Part shown: positions 39,297-52,441 of the stretch, one piece after another
How the letters are laid out: the number at the start of each line of letters is the position of its first letter
Position numbering within the stretch: the first letter of the stretch is position 1
Assembly (NCBI GenBank): GCA_051294375.1
Contig: CM119269.1
Coordinates: 4,357,401 to 4,421,400 of the forward strand
From: Paraspadella gotoi
Taxonomy: Eukaryota; Animalia; Chaetognatha
Length of the DNA: 64,000 bases
Direction: 5' to 3'
Made by a program: the position numbers and the translations under genes
The notes under the pieces: model-generated
What the model was told of the DNA's origin: nothing
What the model saw: only the letters and a program-made list of their open reading frames with translations
Database searches by the model: none

Positions 39297-41645
39297 TTAA
39301 GTTTGAATCAGGGTATTTGTTTTGAGAGAGAGAGAGAATGAGAGAGAGAGATGAGGAGAAGAGAGAGAGAGAGAGAGAAGAAAGAGAAAGAGAGAGAGAA
39401 GAGGGAGGTAGAAAAAAAAAGGACCCCTATAAGGGGTCGTTGTTTGCAGAAGATATAGTATTCCTGTAACACAGCATTTACTTGGAAATTTCTTTTGTCG
39501 ACAAAAAGGCGCGTCGACCTCAAAGAATAAAATTTTAAAAAAAAGAGAGAGAGAAGGAGAGAGAGACGAGAGAGAGAGAGAGAGAGAGAGAAGAGAGAGA
39601 GAGAAGAAGAGAGAGAGAAAGTATAAAAAAGATGGAATGATGGTAAAAGAGAAGATACAGAGAAAGACTTTTTTTATTTTCTATCGATAAATAGTAAGCA
39701 TATGTATTACAAAAATAGACAAAAAAATATGCAAAAATATTATATAAATAAGTAAGCTATGTATACAAAAATTATTTAATGAAAAGGCTCTCAATTTAAA
39801 ATTATTTTCTATTGTAAATCGAGTTGAATCTCGACCATAGAATTTAAATTTTTAATTTCCGCCGCGGCACTTCATCGAAATATTTTTTTTATCAATAAGC
39901 GTTTTAGTTCATCGTACAAAAATAATATATGCTTTTAATTAATTAGGGACTATCATCGGAAACCTCTCAAGGCAATATCAGTTGTCAAAAAATCTTTCTT
40001 AGGAGATATAATGCTTTTCTCTATTTCAGACGTTCACGTTGCGAGGCTATTATTCTGGAACTTTATGATGAATTTACTTTTTTTTTTAAATCTTGATAAA
40101 CCAACTGGATACCTAGCATGGTATTAAATTATCAAATTCCTGTTCTAATTAAATGTTTTACTTGTATTCTGATTTTTTGAAAACTAGCTAAATATATAGG
40201 GGAATCATGGGGAATCACTACCATTCTAATTTACAATATAATGATTAATATTATAATGGACTTGATAGTATTTCGGGATTTCATCGCGCATCGATCGCGG
40301 AAAATGAGTAATGCCAAAATGATTGTCCAAAATTAATTTTTTTTCTAAACACTTCGATAAGAACCATTTACTAAGTAACTTATTTTTTAACTGCGATTTG
40401 GAAAGTGGTTAGAAAAACTAAATTGTCTCATGCTGCGAGACTTCAGAGTCAGCATCGGGATCGACAAAAAATGAGGATATTGGGTTAGGGTTTCGGGTAG
40501 GATAAGTTAGATTAGCGGATAGAGATTAGGTTAGGATTAGTGTTAGAAGATTAGGGTTAGGATTTAGGTTAGGATTAGGGTTTTAGGGATTAGTTGTTGT
40601 CTTTCCCTACGCGTTATAGATACTCTCAGAAGGGTGAGCAACTGACGGAAAACCCCGCTCATCACTACTTTTACAATAAAAAAATGTGGCTTGCTGGGTT
40701 GTGTCTCATCGGTCGGATGAAGATCGACAGAAAACAACGACGATAATTTGAAATTTTTCGACATGGAGGAAACACAGTTTGTAAAAATATTGATTAGAAA
40801 TTTGACATAATGTTTTCTTTAAAAGAAGGAAAATGCTTAAAAAAAACCATAAGTTTGTAAACTTCAAAATTAATAATTTTTACTCAATCTCTATTTTGAG
40901 GACCCTCCTCTTTTATCAAAAAATAGTAGTTAAAAAACACGTTAGTACTATCATTAACTTCCTCGCTTAACTGGTATCTGAATTCAAATTGCTCTTTTAA
41001 ACTTTTGTTTTATCGTATTAGAGGCAAAAAAATTAAAAAAAAAGCTAAAAAAAATGCGCGTAGCTTCGGTTATCTTTAGAATCGTAAAAAAATCAAATTT
41101 TACGATTTTTGTCCTTTTTGGAAATATTAAGATAGTTTACGGAAAACTCTAAAGTTTTCAAGAAATACCTCTGGTTAAGCTATCCGAATATTGCCGATTA
41201 TAAATTTTTCCGATTTTAACGTTCACTTCGATTCATAGTGCGCGGTCGCCTGCTCTTTGAAATCCGCCACGGTCCTCTGCCCATTTTACAACTTTATTTT
41301 ATTTATATCTATGGAATTGATCTTAATTTTTTACTTAAAATTCACAATGGTTTAATTTATCTTCGTTTGTAAAAAAAAAATATTATGAGCGAGGGTCATT
41401 GAGAGGAAATATCGAGAGAAAAAAGCCTGGGCGCAGTTTCGTCGTCCCAATCTCTAAAATACAGTTACAACCTAAGCATCCTCTTAAAACCACATAAGTT
41501 TTGTTGTTAATTTAAAGCGGAAGGATCTTTTTCGATCTTCGTTTATCTGACTGCTTGGGCGGGAAACGAAAAAAAATCCACCTTTTCACCTCGAGCAAAA
41601 AAAAAAACACAAAAGACTAACGTTTTTCTTTTTTATTTCTCCATG
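39297..41645 (+). repeat. Direct noisy copy of ~30640-33046
   Basis: Starts AGTTTGAATCAGGG as at 30643 and runs collinear to TTTCTCCATG. Confidence 0.9.
39868..41240. mobile_element. Transib/RAG-like non-autonomous element (copy 2, same locus)
   Basis: CGCGG|CACTTCATCGAAA ... TTCGATTCATAGTG|CGCGG: 5-bp TSD CGCGG. Confidence 0.7.
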
Positions 41646-42977
41646 CGAGAACAATCGATTCACGATCAAATTCTTTTTTTTTCTTTTTCTTTTTGAAACT
41701 ACCTTCTTCCTTCCCTTTCGCCCGATTCCCTTTTGTTTTTCACATTTTCACTTCCCTGCTCATTCGAAAATTAATTTCGAGCGAATCGCAACTTTACCAT
41801 GCTGGTGTTTTTTGTGGTTTTTTTTTTTTTGTTTTTTTTTTTTTGTCTGATTGTTTGCGCTTTGCGATAAGTCTTTTTTTAAAAACATAAAGAAGCCGTT
41901 AAAATATCGGGAAGACCCGTAATATAAAATTTCACTCGTACTAAGGCCACGCTGGAGTTTTTTCCGGNNNNNNNNNNNNNNNNNNNNNNNNNCTTACGCA
42001 TGCTTTTTCCCAGTTTTACTTTTCCAACGCTTGCTTCTCCCCTTTATAATAATCCACATTCGGCCATCTTTTAACCCTTAACTCCCTGCCCAGCCCCCCT
42101 CCGCCTCCCACCCTCAATGCCAGATTCTTCCCCAAATTTGATCGATTATCTCCTTAGACTGAAAAGTCTCACGGACTCACTCCTTGGCCTCCAGCGCCAG
42201 AGTTCGAGGGCCTCGCCCTCTTTTCGATTTAATCTTTCAGAGTTATTGCGAGCTCGTCTCTCGTCTCTCACTCGTCAGTGACGTCACTCGTGACTCGTTC
42301 TGATTTGGGGTCAGTGAGATCACGAACTCAGTGACTCATCTGGTCAGTCATGGCGACATCCTCGTCTCCCGTTCTCGCAGGGATCGCGATGTTCTTCTGT
42401 TCTACTAACTTTTAAAAATATTTAAATACAATATCACCCAATGGTACTGTCCGTTAAATTTTACATATCGTGCGAAACTGTGTCGTTAAATCTTATATCT
42501 AACTTAACTAAGTTCTTACCATTTATGATACTATATTTAAAATCTAATTTTTATAATTTTTTCTTTACAAAACAGTAAATTTAAATGAGTCCTAGTTTTT
42601 TACTCTCTTAATTTTTAGATTATGGTTTGCATAGTTGTTTTATATTTTAAAATACATTTTATTAAAATAATTATCAAAACAAAATTATTTTAAATTTCTA
42701 TAAATTATTAAAATTTTAATATTGCATAAAGTAAGCTCATTGATGAAAAGAAAAATGCATATATTTAAAAAAAAATTAATAAAAATATGCTAATTATTTT
42801 AACATTTAAATTTTGTTAGTATTTCAAGTTGTGAGCGATTGAATCATTAATCAAGAACAAACTGGAACTATGGGAAAATTCATAGTACATCTCACTTTCG
42901 TTATTTTCCTTCTATCCTCGTGTCATTTAAATTTAGAAATGAATAAAAATATTTCTTTTTATACTATAAACACTTAC

Positions 42978-43038
42978 CTACTATAGAGAGGGTGGAGAGA
43001 AATAGGACGACGAGGACGACGATCGTATTCGATTTCAT
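42978..43038 (-). CDS. First coding exon encoding a signal peptide
   Basis: caacATG MKSNTIVVLVVLFLSTLSIV-G |GTAAGT, a classic phase-1 signal-peptide exon. Confidence 0.6.
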
Positions 43039-44355
43039 GTTGGACGACGATATCTTCATTCTTCGATCTTTTAGTCTTTTCTTCTTTCTTCGGTTCTCGG
43101 TTTCACGTTTTTTTAAAAAAAAACTGTTTTGGTATCAGTTTCTTTTCTTTTGGTTTCTTTGTTTTGTTCGTCTTCGACGATCATTTGATAAATAATACGT
43201 CAAAAATGTCTCCATTAGAAGACTTATAGGACCCAAAATCAGGAGGTACTTGGAGGTAATTTATAATTCCATTATAAATTTAACCAGTTCAATGTAAAAC
43301 GCATGGGCATTACATCTGTATTAAGTTACTTTGTTCACGCAATGTCATGGTCCATCCAGGATAGAAATAAAAATCGTTTTTCAATATCCTCTTCGCTAAA
43401 AAATATTCAGATCTTTTTTGCCACAGTAAAGACGTTAACCGGCAAAAAAAAAAAATCGTAATTTATACTTGAGAAAACCAGAACCTGCAAGTTCAAGGTA
43501 TTGCGCAAAAGTGACCTTTTTATATACATTTACATTCAAATGACAATATAATTTCATAATAATAAAACATATACTTCATAAGCAGTTTATAGTTTATCTC
43601 TTCTCTGTAAATATTTAACCAAAATAACTAAGCGTTATATGAAAAAAGCTTACTATGTAGTAAATATGGTTAGTGCATTGGTTAGTGAACTAGTATAAAA
43701 CATATGCAAATTATAGAGTCAGCTTACTGTATAACAAAGTGACTTATAGACTTTCTCCGCGAGTAAAAAAAGAAGATTAATTAAACCAGCGAGCGTTTGA
43801 ATTCCGAGGCTCTTCGCGATTATCTTGTTTTTTTGTTTTTGTTTTGTTTTCCTTTTCTATTTTGGAGGGTGGGGGTGATTCTTAGGAAATATTCTGAAAC
43901 CGACTTGAGAAAATTCATGTTAATTGAAAACGTGAACGTCAGAGAATTTGAGAAGTAGAGAGACTTAATGGGAGAGAGACTTAATGGGAAAGAGACTTAA
44001 TGGGAGGCGAAATGGAAAGAGTGAAAAAAATTACATAGGAAGAGGATTTGATTTACCGTAGGAAAAGAGGGATTTGGAATTTTGGAGAGATAAACATGAG
44101 AAAATTAAAGAAAGAAAGAAAGAAAGAAAGAACGAAAGAAAGAGAAATGGAAAGAAAGTAAAATGAGAGATAAAAATGAATAAAGAAAACAGAAAGAACA
44201 GAAATAATGAAAGAGAGAAAATAGATGAAGTGAAGAAAAAAAAAAGGAGAAATTGAGGAATAAAGGTGGCGACGTGCCGTGCTCGCCAGTCGCCTCAATA
44301 CTCTATATTCCAATAAAAGGCGACTGCGTCGGCCGACCTTAAGTCTTCGCCGCGC

Positions 44356-44762
44356 TTTTTAGTTGCGCCGCGAGTACACGCGGAGCAACTCTATAAGTCA
44401 CTTTTCGGTCGGTCTGTCGGTCGGTCGGTATGTCTGTCCGTCGGTCTGTCCCACTTACGTTAAAATGCATATAATTTGCCTATAATATAATATAATATAT
44501 AATATAATATATAATATATAATTTGCTCTTTTGTTAACAGAATAAAACCTCAAATCTGAGGGACTGCTGCTAGTGCCTAAAACTAAAAAGAAATAAAAGA
44601 CGGAATTTTGATGCAGTGCATGTCATAAATATACGGGCTAAGAAAGTTATTGTAGTCATGTAGTCAGTTTATCTCACGTCTCGTCATGTCATGTCATGTC
44701 ACGAGAAACACACGTGATAAGGCAGTCACTGCGACGCAACACATTTGAATTACCGTTCTTGT
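44356..44762 (+). mobile_element. HINE/DINE-1-like element, family 1
   Basis: Same termini as 15114 and 17425, plus an internal (ATATA)n expansion. Confidence 0.75.
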
Positions 44763-45679
44763 ACTTTAAAAAAAAAGCCTGGAAATTTTAAAGCGGAAAG
44801 CCCTAAATTTCCACGAGCCACCCGGGTACCCCCCATGTCTTCCTCTTTCACTTTGAAATTTCTCAAACTATTTCTCCGCCCGAACATAACGGAACATGCC
44901 CTAACTCTATCCCTTGTACTTTCTTCGTCGCCGTAGTGATTTCGGATATTCCTCGATCGCGGATTTCAGAGACAGGCGCGTCAAAACGACTTTTGATGGC
45001 CGAGGAAAAGTAACGATTGCAAAGTACCGTCCGCAATGAATGAATATTAAATATGCCCTTTGCCAAGAGAAACTCTTCACGTGTCGGTCGTTAATAATGA
45101 ATTCCCGAATCGGACCCAATTTTGCTCACAAAGCCGGCAAAAATCAGCGGACGAAAGAGTGAACGAAACGAAAACAAGAAGAAACAAAAAAAGCAAAGAA
45201 CAAAACTGCAAAAAACAAACCATGGCAAACGGCCATGGGCGCAATAACTTCATGAAAAACGCAAATTGTTGGAGCAAATAGAAGCAAAAAAAAAAAAAAA
45301 TATCAAGTTACTTTGGATGAAATAAGATCATTTGTTTTATAGACTCGTGTGACGGCCGCGAGAAATATCGATTTTGTTACGCCAATTCTACGAAGAGAAA
45401 AAGGAAAAAAGCAAAAAAAATCGTCCTTCGACGTTTTTACTTGATTTCACCTGGCGGTTGAAAAAAAAAAAAGAAATGCGGTGAAAATGTTGCAAAGGAA
45501 CGGAGCTCAAGAAACCAATAAACTAGGTTTGAAGAAAATTATCCGTTTACGTTTACGTTTACGCCTACTTTGGATATAGAAATAATAAATAAAATAAAAA
45601 AATTAATATAATACCTCTTTATTTACCCTTCGAAGCAAAATAAAGGAGTAAACTTGGATATAGAGAGCAAAACCCCCCA

Positions 45680-45745
45680 AGGACCCCTCCTGAAGACTAA
45701 AAGACGGGGCAAGAAGTTGTACAAGAAGTCGAAAAGTTTGATCAG
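45680..45745 (+). pseudogene. Possible tiny LINE reverse-transcriptase remnant
   Basis: With one indel it reads LKDGQEVVQEVEKFD, resembling the ...EEVEKFKYLG motif of non-LTR RTs. By-eye match only. Confidence 0.25.
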
Positions 45746-45879
45746 ACAATGCCAGATCATGCGAGTAAACATTTATCGGTTAAGCATTTATCGAGGATGA
45801 TGAAATACATCTCTTCTTATAGTAATTAAAAAACTTTTTAAACGTATCAATGTTATGAATAAGATAGTTTTGTGAGAGA

Positions 45880-46234
45880 CCTTAATCTCGCCTCGCGGTA
45901 TCAACAGAAAAAGAATTTTGGCACTTTTTTTCCCTTCAAACTCATTTTCCACCCTGATATTCCAACGAAAAACTTAATTTCTAGCTAAAATACACACATC
46001 TTTTTTACGCATAAAAAAATTTTGAAGTTCAATCGCCCGTCCACTCATGAATAATTTGCGTCCAAAGTTAAGACAGACAGACAGAAAGAACAGACATTAT
46101 TTTTTTTTGCATAATTTATTATGTATTATCTGAGATGATCTAAGACATATTCCCTGAGAGACTTTTGCGGGTGAGATCGACGATCAAAAAAGTTGGATTG
46201 GTACAGCCGGAATCTGTAGATTCCGGCTAAAAAA
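45880..46234 (-). mobile_element. HINE-like element, family 2 (duplicated at ~54355-54700, +)
   Basis: Minus strand TTTTTAGCCGGAATCTACAGATTCCGGCTG hairpin, then ACTTTTT and (GTCT)n. 3' limit uncertain. Confidence 0.55.
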
Positions 46235-46585
46235 GCAAGCTGTAACCGAAAAGAATAGAGGAAAGGCCAGAAAAAAAAAGCGCCCCGAATCTGAGAAGAA
46301 ATCGACGACGGAAAGAGTTAAACTAAGACGCAAAGCAAAAGAATCTTTTTTTTAGTGGGAGGGGGTGGGTTGAGCGAAGTTGAAAAAAAGAGGGACAGCA
46401 AAGTCTTCAGATAAAATCCGGGGAACCACGATATGCGAATCGTCTGTTCAGACGCGATGTGCCGTCACGTTCGTGGAAAACTGGCTTCCGTCGCCCGCTC
46501 GGCGTCTCGCTCTCTATTCTCTCTTCCTCGGACTTTTTGAAAAAATGAGACTCCGTTCCCGCCGCTAACTTGCAACTTTTATGGC

Positions 46586-48303
46586 CTCTCCCGCTTCTTA
46601 ACTTCTTCTTCTCCTTTTTCTCCGCCCTCCTACTCCAATCCTTCTTCTCCTCAATCTCCTTCTTCTCCTTCTTCTCCCTTCTTCTCCCTCTTCTCCTTCT
46701 TTCTCCTTCTTTCATTCCCTTCTCCTTCTTCTCCTTCTTCTCCTCCCTTCTCCTTCTTCTCCTTCTACTCCTACTCTCCTTCTTCTCACTATTCGGCCAT
46801 TCTCGTCCTTTCTCCTTTCTCCTCCTTCTCCTTCTACTCCTTACTTTCTCCTTCTTCTCCTAATCTACTCCTTCTTCTCGTTCTTTTTCTTCTTCTCCTC
46901 TTCTCCTTCTACTCCCCTTCTACTCATTTTCTCTTCTCCTCTTCCCTTCCTCTGCCTTCTTCTCCTTTTCTCCTAAATCTACTCCTCCTTCTTCCCTTCT
47001 TCTCCTTTCTACTCCTTCTTCTCCCTCTTCTCCCTCTTATCTCCTTCTTCTTCCTTCCTTTCTCCTGTCTTCTCGCTTACTTTTCCTTCTTCTCCTCTTC
47101 TCCTTACTTCTCCTTCTTCTCCTACTTCTCCTTCTACTCCTTCTTCTCCTTCTTCCTTCTCTCGCTCGCTTCCCTTCTAACTCCTACTTACTCCTCTTCT
47201 CCTTCTATCCTATCTTTCTCTTCTTTATCTTCTTCTCCTTCTTCCTTCTACTCCTTCTTCTCCTTCTATCTCCTCTACTCCTTCTATTTATTTCTTCTCC
47301 TTCTTCTCCTCCTTCTCCTTGCTCTACTCCTACTCTCTCCTTCTTCTCTTCTACTCCTTCTTCTTCATGTCCTCTTCTTCTTCATCAACATTCTTTCTCC
47401 TTCGTGAGCGTGCCAATTCTTCTCCTTCTTCTCCTTCAAACTCTTCTATTTCTTCTTTCTCCTTCTTCTCCTTCTTCATCCTTCTTTACTCCGCCTTCTC
47501 CTTCTTTCTTTATCCTTCTTCTCTTTCTTTTCCTCCTTCTCCTTCTTCGCCTCCTTGTCCTTTCTCCTTCTTCTCCTTCTTCTCCTTCTCTCCTCCTTTC
47601 TCCTTCTTCTAACCTCTTCTTCTCTTTTCTTCGTCTCTCCTTCTCCTTCTACTCCTACTTCTCCTTCTTTCTCCTTTCTACTCCTCTTCTCCATTTCTTC
47701 TTCTTGCGTCCTCTTGCGTCGCTTCTTCTCCTTCTCCGCTTCGTGTCTGCCTCCTTCTCCTCTCTTCTCCTTCTTCTCCTTCTTCTCCTCCTTGTCCTTC
47801 TTCTCCTTCTTCTCCTTCTTCTTCTCCTTTCTTCTCCTCCTTCTCCTTCTTCTCCTTCTTCTCCTTCTCCTTCTTCTCCTCCTTTCCTTCTTCTCCTCCT
47901 GTCCTTCTTATCCTTCTTCTCTTCTTCTCTCCTTCTCTTCTTCTCCTTCTTCTCTCTTCTCCCCGCTTCCCTAATCTACTCCACTTCCCTTCTTTCCTTC
48001 TACTCCTTCTTCTCATTCTTTTCTTCTGTCTCCTTCTTCTCCTTCTTCTCCATTCTCTCCAATACTCTCTTCTCCTTCCCCTCTACTCCCTCACGCTTCT
48101 CCTTCTTCTGCCTTCTAACGCCTATCTTCTCATTGCTTTCTTCTTCTCCTTCTTTCTCTCCGGTTCGTTCTCAACATTACTTCTCCTCCTTCTCCCTTCT
48201 CACTCCCTACTTCTCCTCTTCTCCTTCTACTAACACTTCTTTCTCATTTCTTTCTTCTTCTTCCTTTCTTCTCTGCGTCTTCTCCTCCCCTTCCTCTCCC
48301 CCC
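46586..48303. repeat. ~1.7-kb polypyrimidine (CTTCTC/CTTCTTCTC)n tract
   Basis: Directly visible and error-rich. Confidence 0.95.
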
Positions 48304-49367
48304 CAAAAAAAAAATAATTAAAATACCAAGAATTTGGATTGTTCGTTTTGTGTTGTTTTTTTTTTTTTTTTTTTCTTTTTTAAATTTAAACTGAATATCA
48401 TTGACAAATTCTTCCTTGAGATATCATTTATACTTTAAATCAATAACAAGAAAAAAATATGATGTGGAAAAGAGATAATACAACCAACTCGATGATAACC
48501 AACTCAACTCCGAAGAATGTTCTCTTTTTTATTGAAATATCCCATCCATTCCTTCCGTTCATTTCGATCTTCTCATTCTACTTCTCATCTTCGTTCAACT
48601 TCAAAGAAAACTCAATCCAACTCCGGCACGCCCACAACGTCTCTCTCTCTCTTCTCACCGTTCGCAAAAATCGGGCTCCCGTTGGAGGGGCGTGGCCCCG
48701 TCCGGCTTGTATCGTTTCGTCGTCGCGAGGCGGACTGCTCGTCTCGTGCCGGGCGGACCGAAGCCGTCGCCGCTCTAGAACCTCGGAAGGTCGATATCCC
48801 CTTCTACGATCGGATCTTTCAACAGTGAGTTCGTCGCTCTTATAAATGTGTTCACAGGAATACAGGGATGTTGGAAGCCACCCAATTTTGTTTCGCTTCG
48901 CAAAAAGCTCCGGCTCCAGCTCCAGGCCCAAATTTTTTTCCAGGCTCCAGCTCCGGCTCGGCTCCAAGCAAAATTTTAATCTCTCCTCGGCTCCGGGCTC
49001 CGGCTCCGGCTGCCAGCAAAACCGATTTCAACTCGGGCGTCCGGCTTCCAAGGCTCCAAACTCCGGGCTCCATTACTATAATATAATTAAAATAACGAAT
49101 TAAATATTCATGAGTATTATTCTATTAATCATTATAAGTTAATATTTTGATTATATATATTTATTTAATATAAATAATAATATATAATATTCCAAATTTA
49201 TAAATGAAAAATACTATATATATAATGAAAATATATTTTAAAAGTATTAGGAATGATAGCAAAATATTTTTTTTACTTTTTTGGTATATCCTCACTCTTT
49301 GGTAATTTAACTGTGAATGTATATTTAGCATTCTCGTTAAAAGTGATTTACTTAAAAACGCAGATTA

Positions 49368-50105
49368 TGGTTAGGGTTTTAGGGTTAGATTAAGGGTTGA
49401 GTGGTTTGGTTTAGGGTTAGGGTTGAGTGATAATAATTAAGGTTTAGGGTTGAGTAGCTTAGGTAAGGTTTGAGTAAGTTAAGGTTAATGGTTAGGTTAA
49501 TGTCAATTTAAGGCTTAAAAGATAAACAGAAAGCCGGTATTAGGGTTAAGGAGTTACTGGCAATGGATATTAGAGATTTAAGTTGAGGGTATTGAATATA
49601 TATGAGGGAGGGCCCAGGTCCCGGGTTAAGGTAGGGTAAGGAGAGAGATGGAGAATTGAATGGGAGGCCTGGGTATAGGGTAGGGGAGAGGCTTACTGTT
49701 GATGCATCCAAAGAGCGAAGTTAGGTTAGGGCAAAGAGGGAGTTGAGGAACATAGAGTATATGGGGAAGCCCAGGCCCCGAGGTTTAGAGTCCCTAGAGT
49801 TGCGAGAAAAGCATAGAGATTGAACGGGAGGCTCGGGTTAGGGGAAAAGTCCATGCGTTGATGCATCGAAGGCAGTTAGGGTTGGGTTGAGGCCACAGAG
49901 ATTTACTGGAGGCCAGGCCTAGGTTAGGATTAGAGAAGGAAAGAATGGAGTTGAACAAGAGCCCGGGGTTAAGGGTGGAGGTTAGGAAGCCCACAGAAAG
50001 GTTAAACGTTGAGCAGGCAAATGAAATGTATGGAGGAGGAGGCCTAGTTAGGTGGAAAAAAAAGCATGGAGATGTACGGGAGACTTGGGTATAGGGTTTA
50101 GTTTT
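49368..50105 (+). repeat. Degenerate TTAGGG-rich internal region of the hAT-like element
   Basis: Many ggttagggtt/ttagg variants; resumes after 52443. Confidence 0.6.
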
Positions 50106-50436
50106 AAGGAAGAGCCCACAGGTGATGTATTTTCCCCATGTCTACAACTTCAGCCACAAAGCTTTTCCTTTAACTTGCGCCTTTTTGATTATATGCCATA
50201 ATACTTATTAATTAATGCCCGCCCAATGAGGGGTCAACAGTGAAGGTATTGGTGACACAACCGGCTATTTGCTTGATATTGCCATAGTGAAAGTCGCCAA
50301 TTCGCGAACGTAGCCCAACAACAATTGGACTCATGCTGTGGAGATGCGGGCCCCGGCGGCAACATTGATATATTGAATTAAACTTACAACCTAGAGTTGG
50401 GTTGTGAAGTCAGAATAACAAAAAGCCTGGAAATTA

Positions 50437-52441
50437 CAAGGTGACACACAACGGCCCGCCCGGAAAAAAAAATTGTTTCTATTTGCTCAATTTGTGAGGA
50501 ATATTTTTAATCTAAAAGATTTTTTCTATAGTAAAACCTTAAATCATTTATATATCCTATTGGGACTAAAATCCACCAACCGATTCATCAGCGGCCCATT
50601 GGTGCCGAGAAGCAAGTCATTCGCCTACACCCAAAGCGTTCCGGGGTTCTAGCCCGGTGATCCCGTCTGCAGGGTTAAGAGGGACGGAGCGCTTACCCGC
50701 CTGTAACTCGGTGTTACAGGCCTGATCCGAAGCTAGGGAACTGCATATATTGAACGGTTCTGTCAACTTAACTCATGAACAAGTTAATTGTACTGATCTC
50801 TTCATTGGTGGCCACACCGACTTCCGAACACAACACCAACAACACTTTTCAGGCGACAATGCCTCTAACCTGGCGATGCACTTTCGGACCACAAAACCAC
50901 GATCAGGCGACACCCTGCCTCAAAAACTTGGTAAAACGAACTTATCAAAACCAACAACAACAATTCACTGAAGTGACGCCACAGACTTCTCCCTACGGGA
51001 GGGGGGGAATGAATAAAATGTGGACTAAAATCACCAAACCGTTCAAATTCAGCGGCCATTGTGCCGGAGGCAAGTCATTCGCCTCCCAACCCAAAAGGTC
51101 CGGGGTTCTAGGCCCGAGTGGTCGTCTGGCAGTTTAAATGACGGCGGGCGCTTAACGCCTGGTAACTTCTTGGTATCTTGTTGCAGGCCTGATCGAAGGC
51201 TCAAGTACGTCTTATATTGAACTCGGTTCTGTCACTAACTCATACAATAATTAACTGTCTCTTCAATCCAAATTTTATTTGATTGGTTATGATTTGACTC
51301 AGCAATAACCAGGAAAATAAGTTGCATTTAAAAAATGTGTCTTTCGAATTTTAATAACAAAATTTAATATTATTTTTTTGTTCTAACTTTAGTATTAACA
51401 TTTTTTAAAACTTTAATCTTTATGTTTTTTGAAATATTTAAAGATAAAACGAAAATTCATTATTTGACAACATATTTATGTTTTTATTTAAATTTGGATA
51501 TGTTTTGACTCGGATAATAACTTTTGATCTTCATCAGCATTTAAAACCTTTTACCAAAACTTCAATGTATTTTAAAAACTTGAAACGTTTGGTGGAATTT
51601 AAATGGCTGGATGAAGACTATGAAAGTCCTAGAGATGGAAACCTCCGTCCGTTTAAATAAAAAACAAATCATTGTTATCAGAGATGAACAAATTTTTTGT
51701 CTTCTCGCTCCAAATAAGAACTTTTATATTAAAAAGTATCATATTACTATCTTCTGAAAGCTCTTTAAAAATCTTTTAAAATAATATATAAGAATTGAAC
51801 ATAAAATAAGCCTAACCACTTTGTATAATTAGATAATCCAGAAAAATGAAATAATAAAATCCTAAAATAATTTTTAATATAACTGACCTATTTACTATAA
51901 TCTTAAACCAATTTTTGCTTTATATATAGTTACCTCTCATAAAGATCTGTAATGAAAACTAATATTTAAAATATGAATCAATCAAATTATTAATCCCTTA
52001 TGTCAAAACTGCTCTTTCAAAAATTTTATTATTATAATTATCCTTTAAGCATCAGGGATAGGCTAATTTAAATATGGAGAAATATAGTATTTTTAATATA
52101 TGTTCAATCTCTTTATATTTTCAGGAGAACTTCAGAAGTGATTAATATGATTAACCTTTTTAATATAAAAAGTTGTAAAAAATAGTTTTAAAAAGTTTTA
52201 AATAAAACAAATTGAAAAAAAATGGAGTTAAAAAAATGAAACACAATTTTAAAGACAACTTTTCTCTGCTTTAAGTACCAGTTCAAATCAAAACCAATCA
52301 TATAAAATTTTTGAGATAAATAGACTGACTTTAGGTAATTTTATTACAGAAAAAATGTATTCAAATGAAAAAAAAATTTTACAAATTTGCAAATGACAAT
52401 TTTTTTAACGGCAGAATCTTACCACATGATGTGTCACCTTG
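50437..52441. mobile_element. Tc1/mariner-like non-autonomous element nested in the hAT-like element
   Basis: TA|CAAGGTGACACA ... TGTGTCACCTTG|TA; imperfect inverted similarity extends ~70 bp; internal inverted arms ~51720-51815 / ~52060-52172. Confidence 0.7.
50558..51265 (+). mobile_element. TRIM (miniature LTR retrotransposon) with tRNA-like LTRs, Helenus-like
   Basis: Direct repeats 50558-50804 and ~51019-51265 both ending TCTCTTCA; TGG-starting PBS at 50806; PPT GGGAGGGGGGGAA at 50997-51009; flanking ATCC duplication; A/B boxes in each repeat. Confidence 0.75.

Noticed and set aside
44907-45035. RYFAIV as a second GPCR TM3
   Set aside because: No preceding D/E or hydrophobic helix, and no splice support.
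50591-50670. Functional tRNA genes (also 51051-51127 and 9150-9211)
   Set aside because: Anticodon stems do not pair or arms are missing; these are parts of mobile elements.
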